Assembly (NCBI RefSeq): GCF_964213995.1
Contig: NC_135829.1
Location: 6,696,001 to 6,760,000, forward strand
Length of the DNA: 64,000 bases
Reading direction: 5' to 3'
From: Mustelus asterias
Taxonomy: Eukaryota
Of the stretch, positions 39,642 to 53,384 are shown in pieces. Position 1 is the first letter of the stretch. Each line of letters begins with the position of its first letter. Under the pieces are notes generated by a model. The model was not told the origin of the DNA. It was given only the letters and a program-made list of their open reading frames with translations, and ran no database searches. The position numbers and the translations under genes are program-made.

Positions 39642-41129
39642 AGGGCGGCTCGGTGGCACAGTGATTAGCAGTGCTGCCGCACAGCGCCAGCGACCCAGTT
39701 TCGATTCCCAGCTTGGGTCACTGTGTGGAGTTTGCATATAGAACATAGAACATAGAACATTACAGCGCAGAACAGGCCCTTCGGCCCACGATGTTGCACC
39801 GACCAGTTAAAAAAAAAACTGTGACCCTCCAACCTAAACCAATTTCTTTTCGTCCATGAACCTATCTACGGATCTCTTAAACGCCCCCAAACTAGGCGCA
39901 TTTACTACTGATGCTGGCAGGGCATTCCAATCCCTCACCACCCTCTGGGTAAAGAACCTACCCCTGACATCGGTTCTATAACTACCCCCCCTCAATTTAA
40001 AGCCATGCCCCCTCGTGCTGGATTTCTCCATCAGAGGAAAAAGGCTATCACTATCCACCCTATCTAAACCTCTAATCATCTTATATGTTTCAATAAGATC
40101 CCCTCTTAGCCGCCGCCTTTCCAGCGAAAACAATCCCAAATCCCTCAGCCTCTCCTCATAGGATCTCCCCTCCATACCAGGCAACATCCTGGTAAACCTC
40201 CTCTGCACCCTCTCCAAAGCCTCCACATCCTTCCTGTAATGTGGGGACCAGAACTGCACACAGTACTCCAAGTGCGGCCGCACCAGAGTTGTGTACAGTT
40301 GCAACATAACGCTACGACTCCTAAATTCAATCCCCCTACCAATAAACGCCAAGACACCATATGCCTTCTTAACAACCTTATCTACTTGATTCCCAACTTT
40401 CAGGGATCTATGCACACATACACCTAGATCCCTCTGCTCCTCCACACTATTCAAAGTCCTCCCGTTAGCCCTATACTCAACACATCTGTTATTCCTACCA
40501 AAGTGAATTACCTCACACTTCTCCGCATTAAACTCCATCCGCCACCTCTCGGCCCAACTTTGCAACCTGTCTAAGTCTTCCTGCAAACTACGACACCCTT
40601 CCTCACTGTCTACCACACCACCGACTTTGGTGTCATCAGCAAATTTGCTAATCCACCCAACTATACCCTCATCCAGATCATTAATAAATATTACAAACAG
40701 CAGTGGCCCCAAAACAGATTCCTGAGGTACACCACTTGTAACCGCACTCCATGATGAATATTTACTATCAACCACCACCCTCTGTTTCCTATCCGCTAGC
40801 CAATTCCTGATCCAATTTCCTAGATCACCCCCAATCCCATACATCTGCATTTTCTGCAGAAGCCTACCATGGTGAACCTTATCAAACGCCTTACTAAAAT
40901 CCATATATACCACCATATAAATCCATATATATTCTCCCCGTGTCTGCTTGGGTTTCCTCCCACAGTCCAAAGATGCGCAAGGTTAAGTTGATTGACCCTA
41001 GTGTCAGGAGGACTAGCAGGGTAAATAAGTGGGGCTACGAGGATAGGGTCTGGGTGGGATTGTGGTTGGTGCAGACTTGATGGGCCGGATGGCCTCCTCC
41101 TGCAATGTAGGGATTCTATGATTTCTATG
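39642..41129 (+). mobile_element. HE1 SINE split by a CR1 insertion
   Basis: GAGTTTGCAT | insertion | ATTCTCCCCGTG rejoins the SINE core. Confidence 0.85.
39740..40930 (-). mobile_element. CR1/HER1 LINE, 5'-truncated, open ORF
   Basis: VVYMDFSKAFDKV...KFADD...YCVQFWSP; (ATGTTCT)n tail. Confidence 0.95.
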
Positions 41130-41744
41130 AAAGAGTGCATCCATTTCCTGGGCAGGAATCCTGTGGATGCTTCCCTACCCAATTTCCCTCCATTCTGTGC
41201 CCTGAACCACCTGAAAAAAGGGTTTAAAAAAAAATTGTGACCAACCTTTACATGTAATTTATAACCACAAAGTAGCAAATAAAGCCAAGATTGACTTGCA
41301 TATGGAGGAGTCCTGTGCTAGTGCTTGATGCTTTCACTCTAGATCATCATAACTTGCAGCAACGTAAACTGCCGAGATGCTTTTTTCAAAACATCCCAAG
41401 GTCGTAAGCCAAGCTATTGATTCATTGCAGTTTGGCAGAAATATATCCAACTGTCCTTTTCTACCATCACCGAACCCCAACCCACTAAAGAAATACGCTT
41501 TACCACTTACTAAAAATGCTGGAATGAAAAGAGACTCTATCTGTACAGCTGTATAGTTTTGATCTGACTGCACCATAAGTAGCGCACTTACAATTATTTC
41601 CATAATCCGATATACTTGCCATTTTGACAGCGCACAGCTTGGGATTTTAGTTTATTGTCACCTCATGAAACAAGAATGCTTCACTGTCATTTCTTTTTGC
41701 TGTGCTTGATCAACTGCGCAAAGTGTTGCTGCGGTTTAAGCATT

Positions 41745-42020
41745 TTAAGTTTATTCATTAGTCACAAGGAAGGCTTACATTAACACTGCAATGAAGTTGC
41801 TGTGAAATTCCCCAAATATCCATACTCCAGCGCCTGTTCGGGTCAACGCACCTAACCAGCACATCTTTCAGACTGTGGGAGGAAACTGGAGCATCCGGAG
41901 GAAACCCACGCAGACACGGGGAGAACGTGCAAACTCCACACAGACGGTGACCAAGCCGGGAATCGAACCCGGGTCCCTGGCGCCGTGAGGCAGCAGTGTT
42001 AACCGCCACCGTGCCGCCCC
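41745..42020 (-). mobile_element. HE1-like SINE type B
   Basis: minus-strand copy. Confidence 0.8.
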
Positions 42021-42539
42021 TCATCGGTACAAAACCTTAACATTGCACTGTAGTAATTGTCATTTACGGATCATTTTAAGGCAGGATGGGACTTTGTGCC
42101 AAGTTCAGACCAGATGGATTTTGGAAATGGTTAAATCCAAGCTGGAGTTCCGATGTTTCATAACATTAACTAACGTCCCCACATTGAGAGACAGGAAAGG
42201 GGAGTTTTCATTTTTGGTACCTGGTTTACATTGTAGAAATTACTGATGCAATGCCAGATGGGTGGCAACTCATGTTAAAGAGATCTCAACATCTGCTGTT
42301 GTATCCCTCATTTCTCCTTCCATCCAATTAAATTATTCTCAGCTGTTTCCATTCCTTTCATCGGAGCACACTGTTTACTTAATAGAGCTTCCTAGATGTA
42401 GCCATGCTTCTGCATTTTGATGAAAGCCCCTCCAAGTTTATTTTCTGAAGCTAGGGTTTTCAAATGCCATGTGATGGGAGGCAAGAAATAACGACCTGCA
42501 TTTATATAGCGCTTTTCACAACTGCTCGATGCCTCAGAG

Positions 42540-42839
42540 TGTTAGAATGTAACCAGTGACAACTTTTGTATTGGATGCAATGTGACCAATGGTAACAAGA
42601 TGCAAGGGTCAGTTGACCCAGTAAACCATGGAACCAATTACAGAATGATGTAATAGTCAGCTGACTCACTATAAATAAGAACCTGTGTAGAATTGTGGAG
42701 AGCTTGGAGTGGCCCAGGGTGAGGCCCCAAGTTTGGAGTAGTGATGTTTCTTTATTAAACCCTTTCTTTGATTTATAAGTTGGAGTAAGTTTTGTTATAT
42801 TTTTATTGTCTGCAGTTGAAAGTTACTTCTGATGAGACA
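42540..42839 (+). mobile_element. Solo LTR (300 bp) inserted in a DeuSINE-like element
   Basis: TGT...ACA termini; 5-bp TSD CAGAG (42535-42539 / 42840-42844); CCAAT x2, TGACTCA, TATAAATA, ATTAAA. Confidence 0.8.
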
Positions 42840-44690
42840 CAGAGTGCTTTAGAGCTAATGAAGTATAATCACCATTGTAATACAGGAAACTCAGCAGCTA
42901 ATTTGCACACAGCCAACTCCCACAAACTGCAATGTAATAACGACCACACTATCTGTTTCTTTGTGGTATTGATTGAGCGATAAATATTGGCCCCAAGACA
43001 CTGGGAAGAAACTTCCCCCGTTCTTCTTTGAAATGGAATAATGGGATCTTTTATTTCGATCTGACGAAGCAGATGGCACTTCAGTTAACGTCTCACTTGA
43101 AAGTCGGCACCTCAAACAGTGCAGCAACCCCTCGACGTTGCGTTGACTTAGATTTTGTGCTTGGGTCTGTCAGCATTCCCCGTTAATTAACTGAGAGCCA
43201 GAGGGATTTTCCTGCAACTTGGGACCCAATGTTGGACCCTTAAATATTCCAGCAGATATCTCTTGAAAATCAGCTGCAACCAATTGTTCAAATGCGATAA
43301 TAGCAGCAGGAAATGCAGTGGCATGATTTCCCCACAGTTGCTGGCAGGGAGAAACATCCTACATCCAGTCACTTGACCTTAATGAGTGAGCCACAGAACT
43401 TGTAACCAGAGTATTGAGAAACGGCTAAGGAAAACATTGCCAGTAATAAAATTAAGAGAATAGTATTGCAGTAATGATGAGACCATTGGGAGGTTCACTT
43501 TTGTTAAGTTCTTCACTCAGGGGGGCTTTCTTAATGACCATTGCTGCTTCCTCTGGGCAGACACACTTCCCAAGTATACCTTTGAGATCATTTTACCTCT
43601 TGTGGTTCCCAAAGGTCAGGTTGAGCGAACAACCTAAATGCACGTCCAGGGAATGTGCACATCCATTCTGTGGTTTCCAATTCTGGTTGGATGTATCGCT
43701 GGAGGTTTGATTGTTGAGATAAGAAATATTGCTGGAGCCCTTAACACCGGGAGAAGTTGGAAAGGCCAAGTGGAAAAGTAGGCCTACCCAGGTACCAACC
43801 ATAGCAAACTGATTCATTTTAATTTGATGTTGTCCCTGGGTCAGGAACGAGCAGCATTAGGTCAATTCAAATGCCACTGTCGTAAATGTGGTGTCTCCTT
43901 TATTTATTTGCCATTGGACAGGTCAGTCAACTCTCTGGGTGTTGCAAACTAGAAGAGGACAAAGCCAGGTAGTTGACTGACGATTTAAATATTAACAAAT
44001 ACCACATAATCTCAGGATTTAATGGCAATTGGAGGCTTATTTTCCAAAGTTTAGACTGTCCTAGGAAACGCTTCAGATTTAACAGATGTGAAGCAGTGTT
44101 TTCCTGACCTGCACCCCCCCCCCTTCCCCCCAGCCGATAGGTACATTGGCTATGCTGAATTCTCCCTCAGTGTACCCGAACAGGCGCCGGAGTGTGGCGA
44201 CCAGGGGATTTTCACAGTAACTTCATTGCTGTGTTAATGTAAGCCTACTTTTGTGACACTAATAAATAAACTTTAAAACCTTTCCCAGGTCACACGTTGT
44301 TCTGAGTTCAAAGAAAACATGGGGAATCTGTTCTCAGGCTCAATGCTGCTGTATAATAGGCTGCTAAAGATGCCACTAACTAACCTTTGTCACACACTTT
44401 CACACTCTCTCCTCCGCTCCTTCCTCCAAAATCCAGAAGTAAAGGGAAGTTAACGCAACAGACTCCTGAAGCCAGTCTCTACTCTCTCCGTGCAGCTACC
44501 ATCTCCTACCACTAGATTGGCCTGCTGATCCGCATGGTCACATCATAACTTCACTCATGCCTCCTGAGGGAACTTTATTTTGACCTGCAATGGGCAAAGC
44601 CACAGACAGTAGTTCGTATGAAATTTAATTGTAATGGGTAACAACGTTTATTTTAATGTCTCCACTAAAATAGTGAATTGAATAATCTCA

Positions 44691-44950
44691 CAGCACTGCT
44701 GCCTCACAGCGCCAGGGACCCGGGTTCGATTCCCGGCTTGGGTCACTGTCTGTGTAGAGTTTGCACGTTCTCCCCGAGTCTGCGTGGGTTTTCCTCCGGG
44801 TGCTCCGGTTTCCTCCCACAGTCCGAAAGACGCGCTGGTTAAGTGCATTGACCCGAACAGGCGCCGGAGTGCGGCGACTAGGGGAATTTCACAGTAACTT
44901 CATTGCAGTGTTAATGTAAGCCTTACTTGTGACTAATAAATAAACTTTAA
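44691..44950 (+). mobile_element. HE1-like SINE type B
   Basis: core and alternative tail; a further tail fragment lies at about 44140-44275. Confidence 0.8.
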
Positions 44951-45216
44951 CTTTTGAGCTTCGGAGCTCAAAAGTTCCCATTCCATAAAAAGAAAAGAAA
45001 AAAATTCTACTCTTATAACACTTTTCACAATATCAGGAGGTCCCAGGCCACTTTACAGCCACTGAAGTAGCTTTGACATGTAGTCACTGGTGTAATGTAG
45101 GAAACACAGCAGCTAATTTGTGCTCAGCAAACTCCCACAAATTATAACAAATGACCAGATAACCTGTTTTACCTATGTTGGATAAATATTGGCCAGAGTA
45201 AAATTCCCTGTTATTC

Positions 45217-45507
45217 TTAGAATCTCTACAGTGCAGAAGGAGGCTGTTTGGCCCAATGAGTCTGCAATAACCACAATCCCACCCAGGCCCTATCCCCATA
45301 ACCCCACGTATTTACCCCTAGCTAGTCCCTCTGACATTAAGGGACAATTTAGCATGGCCAATCAACCTAACCCGCACATCTTTGGAGTGTGGGAGGAAAT
45401 CGGAGCACCCAGAGGAAACACACGCAGACATGGGGAGAATGTGCAAACTCCACACAGACAGTGACCCGAGGCCGGAATTGAACCCGGGTCCCTGGCGCAG
45501 TGAGGCA
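45217..45507 (-). mobile_element. HE1 SINE nested in a DeuSINE-like element (about 45005-45700)
   Basis: host sequence resumes on both sides. Confidence 0.75.
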
Positions 45508-45777
45508 CTTTCTAAATAGCGCCATGGGATTTTAAATGTTCACATTAGGGAGGGTTGGGTTAATGTCTTGCCAGAAAGACATCTCAGTGCAGCACTCCTT
45601 CAGCGCTGCTTCAGGAGCATTGTCCTAGAGTACATGCTCAAATCTCTGGAGTGGTGTTTTAACCAATAACAGCTAGCATTTATGTAATACCAAGCTGCCT
45701 GACCGCTGCATTGCCAAGCTAAAGTTGACAGTGTGCTAAATGACATATTAGGGCAGGAGATCAAAAGCTTGGTCAAT

Positions 45778-45980
45778 GACGTGGAGATGCCGGCATTGGA
45801 TTGGGGTGGACACAGGAGTCTCACAACACCAGGTTAAAACCAACAGGTTTATTTGGTAGCCCGAGCTTTCGGAGCGCTGTCCCTGATGGGGCACTCACCT
45901 GATGAAGGGGCAGCGCTCCGAAAGCTCGTGCCAGCAAATAAACCTGTTGGACTTTAACCTGGTGTTGTGAGACTACTTAC
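45778..45980. mobile_element. Penelope-like family A fold-back element
   Basis: TSD CTTGGTCAATGA (45768-45779 / 45980-45991); intact hammerhead on + at 45896-45930. Confidence 0.88.
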
Positions 45981-46681
45981 TTGGTCAATGAAGTAGGCTT
46001 TAAGGAGCATTTTAAACAGAATGGAGGGGTGAGAGAACATTAGGGAAGGAATTCCGGAGCTCTGGTGAAGGTGCTGCTGACTAAGAAACGACTGAAAGCT
46101 GATAATGTTAACCTAACTTGATGTGATAAATCCATATTGCATTAATATCATTTGTGCCCAGCTCAATTTTCACAAAAGCAATAAATATCCTACAGATGTG
46201 AGTACACCGTTGCAAAAAGAAAAGCTGCCAGATTTCATGGTGTTTTTTTCAGCATTGAAGTCACGTCATATTCAATTTATCATTACTCGCTGGCACATTC
46301 TGAAACCTAGTGTTGAAAATGTTCTTATGTTTCATAGTTTGGGTGGGAATGTGTCAGATTTTATGGACTGTGCAGGGCAACAATTTGCACTTAATGGGCT
46401 GCCATCATGCACTTCGAGATTCAGAATTAAACACTGATTAAAAAGGTAGGACTTGGACTTCTTTAACACCCTTCACCACTTCAGGACACCCCGAAGCACT
46501 TAACAGCCAATTAAATACTTTTGAAGTGCAGCCACTGTTATAATGTAAGAAACGCAGCAACCAATTTGCGGACAGCAAGGTCCCATAAACAGCAATGTGA
46601 TAATGAGCAGATAATCTGCCTTAGTGATGTTGAGGGATAAATATTGGCCGGGACTCGGGAGAACCTCCCTCCCTCTTTGAG

Positions 46682-46822
46682 ACAGTAAGAAGTCTCACAA
46701 CACCTGGTTAAAGTCCAACAGGTTTATTTGGTAGCACAAGTTTTCGGAGCGCTGCTCCTTCATCAGGTAAGTGGAGAGTTGGGTTCACAAACAGGGCATA
46801 TATAGACACAGATTCAATTGCG
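46682..46822 (-). mobile_element. Penelope-like family A single arm
   Basis: ACAGTAAGAAGTCTCACAACACC...; degenerate hammerhead. Confidence 0.75.
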
Positions 46823-46909
46823 ATATAATGCCCAGCTCAGAGGTATATTTATCACATAAAGATGGAAATATGTTGTACGTCATTGCGTATCTAAAATATT
46901 AAGAACGTT

Positions 46910-47208
46910 TTAAAGCTTATTTATTAGTGTCACAAGTATTAATACAGCAATGAAGTTACTATGAAAATCCCCTAGTTGCCACACTCTGGCGCCTGTTCGG
47001 GTACACTGAGGGAGAATTTAGCACGGCCAATGCACCCTAACCAGCACGTCTTTCGGACTGTGTGAGGAAACCAGAGCACCCGGAGGAAACCCAATCAGAC
47101 GGGGAGAATGTGGAGACTCCGCACAGACAGTCACTCAAGCTGGGAATCGAACCCAGATCCCTGGTGCTGTGAGGCAGCAGTGCTAACCACTGCGCCACCG
47201 TGCCGCCC
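46910..47208 (-). mobile_element. HE1-like SINE type B
   Basis: minus-strand copy. Confidence 0.8.
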
Positions 47209-47387
47209 AGACAGGCTCATAGTTCAGGCACAGGCTTTCGGGCAGTTCTAATTTAAGATCGCTGTTGAAACAGTAATTTCTCTTTCTCTATCCAAGGCCC
47301 TGCATATTTCCCGTATTTTCTTTGGTTGTTTAATTCTCCTCCGAATTTAAATGTGGCTGACACATGCTGATATCACCGGCATGAACT

Positions 47388-47722
47388 TAGAAATCTTAGA
47401 AACCCTACAGCACAGAAAGAGGCCATTCGGCCCATCGAGTCTGCACCGACCACAATCCCACCCAGGCCCTACCCCCATATCCCTACATATTTACCCACTA
47501 ATCTCTCTAACCTACGCATCCCAGGACACTAAGGGCAATTTTAGCACGGCCAATCAACCTAACCCGCACATGTGGGAGGAAACCGGAGCACCCGGAGGAA
47601 ACCCACGCAGACACGAGGAGAATGTGCAAACTCCACTCAGACAGTGACCCAAGCCGGGAATCGAACCCAGGTCCCTGGAGCTGTGAAGCAGCAGTGCTAA
47701 CCACTGTGCTACCGTGCTGCCC
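47388..47722 (-). mobile_element. HE1 SINE
   Basis: full length, minus strand. Confidence 0.85.
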
Positions 47723-50700
47723 AAACTCTAGGCCCTTTTCCTACTACTTCACCCTTTGAACTGTGGCATTGACTGTTGGTGAGCACGGAGAACATATCTC
47801 AGGTTCAGAACCTGATCCAGAGTCCACTTAGTGTTTTTCAAATAGGGAATCACTGGGAAATGCTTCGGAGCAGTTAACCTGCTTGATTTTTTTTTTCACA
47901 TTTTCCTTGTTATTTTCTGGACTTCATTTTTCCAGAATTTGTAGTTTTGTTTCTTCTAATGTCCCGTGAGTAAATCACTGCTTGGGCCTTAGTGTCTCGC
48001 TCAGTGTGTGCAGTGCGAAACTGTGTATTACACATTGCTGCTCGCAATATATTACAACCCTTGGCAGTAGATCTCTCGTCCTCGTGCCTAAAACTTGGGT
48101 TTGTTTACTTGCATTCTTACAACTCAAGTACATCATCAGTGGGGCCATATATTCTGCTGCAGTTGTTAAAGAAACCCTTTGAAAGAAATCTTGTAAAAAA
48201 CCCTGCAATTTATGTTGTCGCGGGCTCCTCTGTTTCATCCAGCACCTCTGGCTTTAATTTGGGTGCTGGTCGACGTGAGTGCTTGTGCCTGGAAAGTTTG
48301 TGTTTTGCCAATCCACAATTTACAATCCTGAGCTGCAGTTTTACAGCACCTCAAGGCCTATCCCGGCCTACCTCCCAGGCTGAAGAAAGGCGGTTCTGAG
48401 GGAATTTATGTTCCCTTATTGTTCATTGGTAATCAAGCTAACCTGGGAGTGATTTGATTTTAATATCAGTTAGTTGAATTTAATGACTTGATTGAAAAGG
48501 TTTTGTGGAGCTAACAGGATGTGGGCACAGCAAAGTTCCATTAGTGGTATTGCTTCATTTCTTAATGTGCGCAAGTCTCTCTGTAAACTTGGCCTGCTTT
48601 ATGACAAGCCCCATTAGTCTAAACAGTCTTACTCTTGGACTCGGCTAAGCTGATGAGAGCAGTGATAAGAAAAACGAATGGCGACATCATTGGAATTTTT
48701 TTTTAAAGCGTCTTCTGAAGCATCCTTTCCCTCCTCCCCGCCCCCTCCCCCAGCACCCACTTTTCCCGGCTGTTTGCTTTTTAACATACGCATTGGGATG
48801 ACTGGGCCCGCATTCCACATGCAGCAAACTGACACTGTATTCCGAGGAAGGGAGTGGTGGGGGGGAATTAATTGTGTACCTCTGTGCCTTTGGAGACCAA
48901 GTCTATTCATGCGTCATTAGGTTCAGTCAACTTGGCTGCTAAAAGGTTGGGGTGGACGGCGGGGGGAGGGGGAGGCTGATGGGGCCACTGGAGAATTCTA
49001 ACAGTCTGTTCATCTCAAGTGAATACTTCTTTCTCCTCTCTAAAGATTCACTTATTTGTGGTCTATAATGAAACGCCAATGGAAATAACCTTGCTGCAAC
49101 ATTTCTTGCCATCTTTAAATTGTAATAAAAACTGAACGTTTGGTTCCTTTTTCTCTCGCTTGGTGGCATTTAATACCGGCCTGGCCACATACCAAACTCT
49201 GCAGTAAGTTGAAGGTGGGGTTTGAAAGATTCCAGTTTGGAGCTTTGCTGTGGTGTGGAACCTTGGTGCAGGGAGCTCGCTGCTGGATGATGGTCGAATC
49301 GCGAAGGTTTGTCCGGGTACCTGGGAAAAGGGTTGGGGAGAATCAGCCAAGGTTCCCACTCCTGGCTTCTGTCCAGTGATCCTCCCCACCCTCTCTCCCC
49401 CCCGCCCCCCAACCTGTCGTCGAGCGCAGGGGAGGCAGAAAACTCCCAGCCTCACTAATCAATTTGTACGAGGCTTGGTGAGCTGCTCCAGTGTAGCACA
49501 AATCATTGTGAAAAAAAACTGAAGCATTACTGATGGTGCATAACTTCAACACGTATTAACATTATCCTTCAACCGACATCAGACTGACTATCTGGACATC
49601 ATCGCGTTGCTGTTTATGGGAGCTTGCTGTGCGTAAATTGGCTGCCGTGTTTCCTTTATTACACCAGTGACTACACTTCAGTGGATTTAACAGGAGCTAA
49701 CAGCTGTTAATTCAGCACAGTTGCTATGCTGCTGGACTGGTAATCCCAAGGATTAGATGATTAACCCAGAGAAGCGAGTTCAAATCTCACCATGGCATGG
49801 GGAATTTAAATTCACTCAATGAAATAAATCTAGAATACAAAATTGTCAAGAAAAGCCATCGGATTCATTTGTGTCCTTTAGGGGAGGATATCTGCCATTC
49901 CTACTCGGCCAGGCCTGTATGTGACTCCAGGCCAACAGCAATGTGGTTGACTCTTAAATGTACTCCAAAATAGGCTAGCAAGTCACTCTGTTATATTTAG
50001 GAAGGCAACTTACCACCGCCACCACCTTCCCAAGGCAGTTAGCGATGCAAAACAAATGTTTGAGACATAAGTGCCCCTCTAATATTTGACCATGGAGAAC
50101 ATCGCAGCCGAATCCAAGTTGATTCCAGCGTGTCACTTGGATAAGCAAACCCTGACCGATTCTCCACATCCCACCCCAGGGACACACAGGCCAGCTCGAG
50201 CAACCCAACAGTTGACGAGGACTAACGTGACACGGGTAGTGGATGGAACCTGGAGATTCCATTTTGTAACAGCTAGTGGAACTGTTACTAAAAATACAAA
50301 TTAGCCCGAGGCTCCGTAAGGGTTATTGTAATACAGAATAGGACATTCCAGAGCTGTTTCCTCTGCCACGTCATACATGATCTCTGACCTTCCTAGGTTG
50401 AAGCGGTCACTTAGAGGTAACCACTTCTCTCCTACTCTGACATCTGTGTTGTCTCGTATCCCATTTCAGTTGCCTTTGACACAGTGCTAAACAGTGTGAG
50501 ATGCTACACACGTACTTGTGGCTGTGTGTTTAGCTAATCTGTTTTATGGCATTTTCTGTTAGTCCAACCTTGTAATGCAAATGTTTAGAAGGTTTTACAC
50601 ACACTGCACCAGCCGACTCGAAGGTATGGGATACCTTCACGCAGCTATGAATTTACCTGGAGATGGAAAGGAAAAGTAGAAATCTGGTATAAAAATAGAA

Positions 50701-51257
50701 GCTGTCGGAAACACAAGGGTGGGAGCATTGTTTTGAAAGCGAATGATAGGTTGTGATGAAAGTTCCCACCTGAAACATTAACCTACCTTTTCCTTCAGGC
50801 GCGAGCAGATCTGCTGTGCGCTTTTATCATGTTTTTGCTTTTATTCTGTTTGCACTTGCTTCCTTTTTCTCCCACACAACTTAATCCTTTATGGTCCGTG
50901 CAGGGAGCCTAGTCTTCAGGTGAAGTACAGCAGGGGATAATTAGACATGGGACCTGCAGACATAATTAAATCCCTACCTTAAAGGCATACATTAGGTCCT
51001 TATTCCTGCATAAAACTTTGATCTCATGACAATATTTACTATCAAGAAGTAGTGCTTACAACCATTTGAAAAGCGGTGTTGGTTGGGGCATTCAAATTTC
51101 TCTCTGGCACATGCTGAGGTGCTGAGAGGGAAAATGGAGGGGCTACAGCAACACCACTGGTGGGAGGCTGTAATGACAGTGTGACAAGTTTACATTATAA
51201 ATGTGTACATAGGCGTTTTGAATGGAGAAAATTAATTCTAAACTGCAGCAGTAGTTT

Positions 51258-51568
51258 TAAGTTTAGTTTAAAAGTTTATTTATTAGTGTCACAAGTAGGC
51301 TTAACATGAACAGTGCAATGAAGTTACTATGAAAATCCCCTAGTCGCCACACTCCGGTGCCTGTCCGGGTACACTGAGGGAGAATTTAGCATGGCCAATG
51401 CACCTAACCAGCACGTCTTTTGGAGCGGGAACCCGAGCACCTGGAGGAAACCCACATCGATACAGGGAGAATGTGCAGACTCCATATAGACAGTAACCCA
51501 AGCCTGGAATCGAACCCAGGTCCCTGGTGCTGAGGCAGCAGTGCTAACCAGTGTGCCACCGTGCTGCC
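51258..51568 (-). mobile_element. HE1-like SINE type B
   Basis: minus-strand copy about 100 bp upstream of a SCAPER exon. Confidence 0.8.
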
Positions 51569-51673
51569 ATGCAAATGCATGATTTTTAATCAATTTTAGA
51601 TGTGTGCATAATACACTCTGTTTTACTGGTTTTTACCCCACTTTATGAACATAATATTTCCTTTGATTTCCAG

Positions 51674-51865
51674 GTGACAGTGCAATCAGGCCGCCATCCC
51701 ACAGTCCTTCAGAAGCTCTGCCAGCTGCCTTTTCAGTACTTTAGTGATCAACGGTTGATCAAAGTCCTGTTCCCAACACTAATCACAGCTTGTTACAACA
51801 ATCCGCAGAACAAGGTCATCTTGGAGCAGGAGATGAGCTGCATTCTGCTAGCTACCTTCATCCAG
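51674..51865 (+). CDS. SCAPER: SCAPER coding exon
   Basis: ttccag|GTG...ATCCAG|gtaagc; 192 nt; VTVQSGRHPTVLQKLCQLPFQYFSDQRLIKVLFPTLITACYNNPQNKVILEQEMSCILLATFIQ. Confidence 0.96.
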
Positions 51866-52695
51866 GTAAGCGTTATGTGTCTGCTTGGATAGTGGGACTA
51901 TATTCACGAGCCTGCGTTGCAGTTCTTTTCCTGATACACACACGTGGTTTCATTATCAATTTACACTGCAAATCTTTCATTAACACCGCATTTTTGCACT
52001 GAGGCAAAGTTTGCGGCATAGGTTGGTAACAATGGCTGCCCACATCTAACTTTGAGCACAGTAAGAATACTTTGAGGGTGGAGTGTTTGACTTTTCACCA
52101 GCTGCAGGATAACTCCTGCTCTCTCTCTCAAAGGGAATTTTTAGACTTTCATGAGCACAGGAGCTGAAAGCCAGCTGTCCACCTGACTATTTGATAACAT
52201 GAAAATGTAACCTGTAATTTGAATACTGATAAAAGCTGCACATGTGCGGAACTTGGCTGTGCTCAAGCAAGTAGGGCTGGGGCGCCAGCAATGTAAGTTA
52301 GTGTCAATAGTGGTAACTGCATAACACCAACGCCGCTGCGAGTATTCTGTACCAAAGTGCTACAGGACTAGTACAGACATGAATCATACACAGAGGAGGG
52401 AAAGGCTTGCAAATGCTGAGAAGTATCTGTGGGAACACTAACTGCAGTGAGAATACTGCCGGTCTGCGTGTTATGATCCAAACATTGGCACTGTCATTTT
52501 AAAAGATCATTTGATTTGGACGTTTAGTACTTTTCAGCTTACTTCAAATATTAAACATATTTTGCATCCCCAAATTAGGAATAACAACAGACAAAGGACA
52601 GTTCACCTGTACCTCGGGCAGATATCATCAGAGAGTAAAACCTTACTCTTAGTCACAGATAATAGACTTAAATCTCCGAACTTTAAACCTAAATC

Positions 52696-53347
52696 ACTTC
52701 CCGCTGCCTCGGCAAAGCAGCCAGCATAATCAAGGACCCCCACGCGACCCGGACATTCTCTCTTCCACCTTCTTCCATCAGGAAAAAAAGATACAAAAGT
52801 CTGAGGTCACGTACCAACCGACTCAAGAACAGCTTCTTCCCTGCTGCTGTCAGACTTTTGAATTACCTCACATTAAGTTGATCTTTCTCTACACCCTAGC
52901 TATGACTGTAACACTACATTCTGCACTCTCTCCTTTCTTTCTCTATGAACGGTATGAAAAACGAGAACCAGAGGGCACAAACTCAGGCTAAAGGGACGAT
53001 CCTTTAAAACAGAGATGCGGAGAAATTTCTTCAGCCGGAGAGTGGTGAATCTGTGGAACTCTTTGCCGCAGAAGGCTGTGGAGGCCAGGTCATTGAGTGT
53101 CTTTAAGGCAGAGATAGATAGGTTCTTGATTAATAAGGGGATCAGGGGTTATGGGGAAAAGGCAGGAGAATGGGGATGAGAAAAAAAATCAGCCATGATT
53201 GAAAGGCAGAGCAGACTTGATGGGCCTAGTGGCCTAATTTTGCTCCTATATCTTATGGTCTTATGGTATGCTTTGTCTGAATAGCGCTCAAGAAACAATA
53301 GTTTTCACTGTATGCTAATACATGTGACAATAATAAATCAAATCAAA
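52696..53347 (+). mobile_element. Rex1/Babar 3' fragment interrupted by a CR1 3' fragment (52957-53265)
   Basis: GGTATG duplicated at the CR1 junctions; (TCTTATGG)n CR1 tail; (ATCAA)n Rex tail. Confidence 0.8.
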
Positions 53348-53384
53348 TAGGCAAGGAAGACAATGCAAAATTCAAAATAAGTTC

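Noticed and set aside
39834-40970. 378-aa ORF as a host gene
   Set aside because: Truncated CR1 RT fused in frame to antisense SINE sequence
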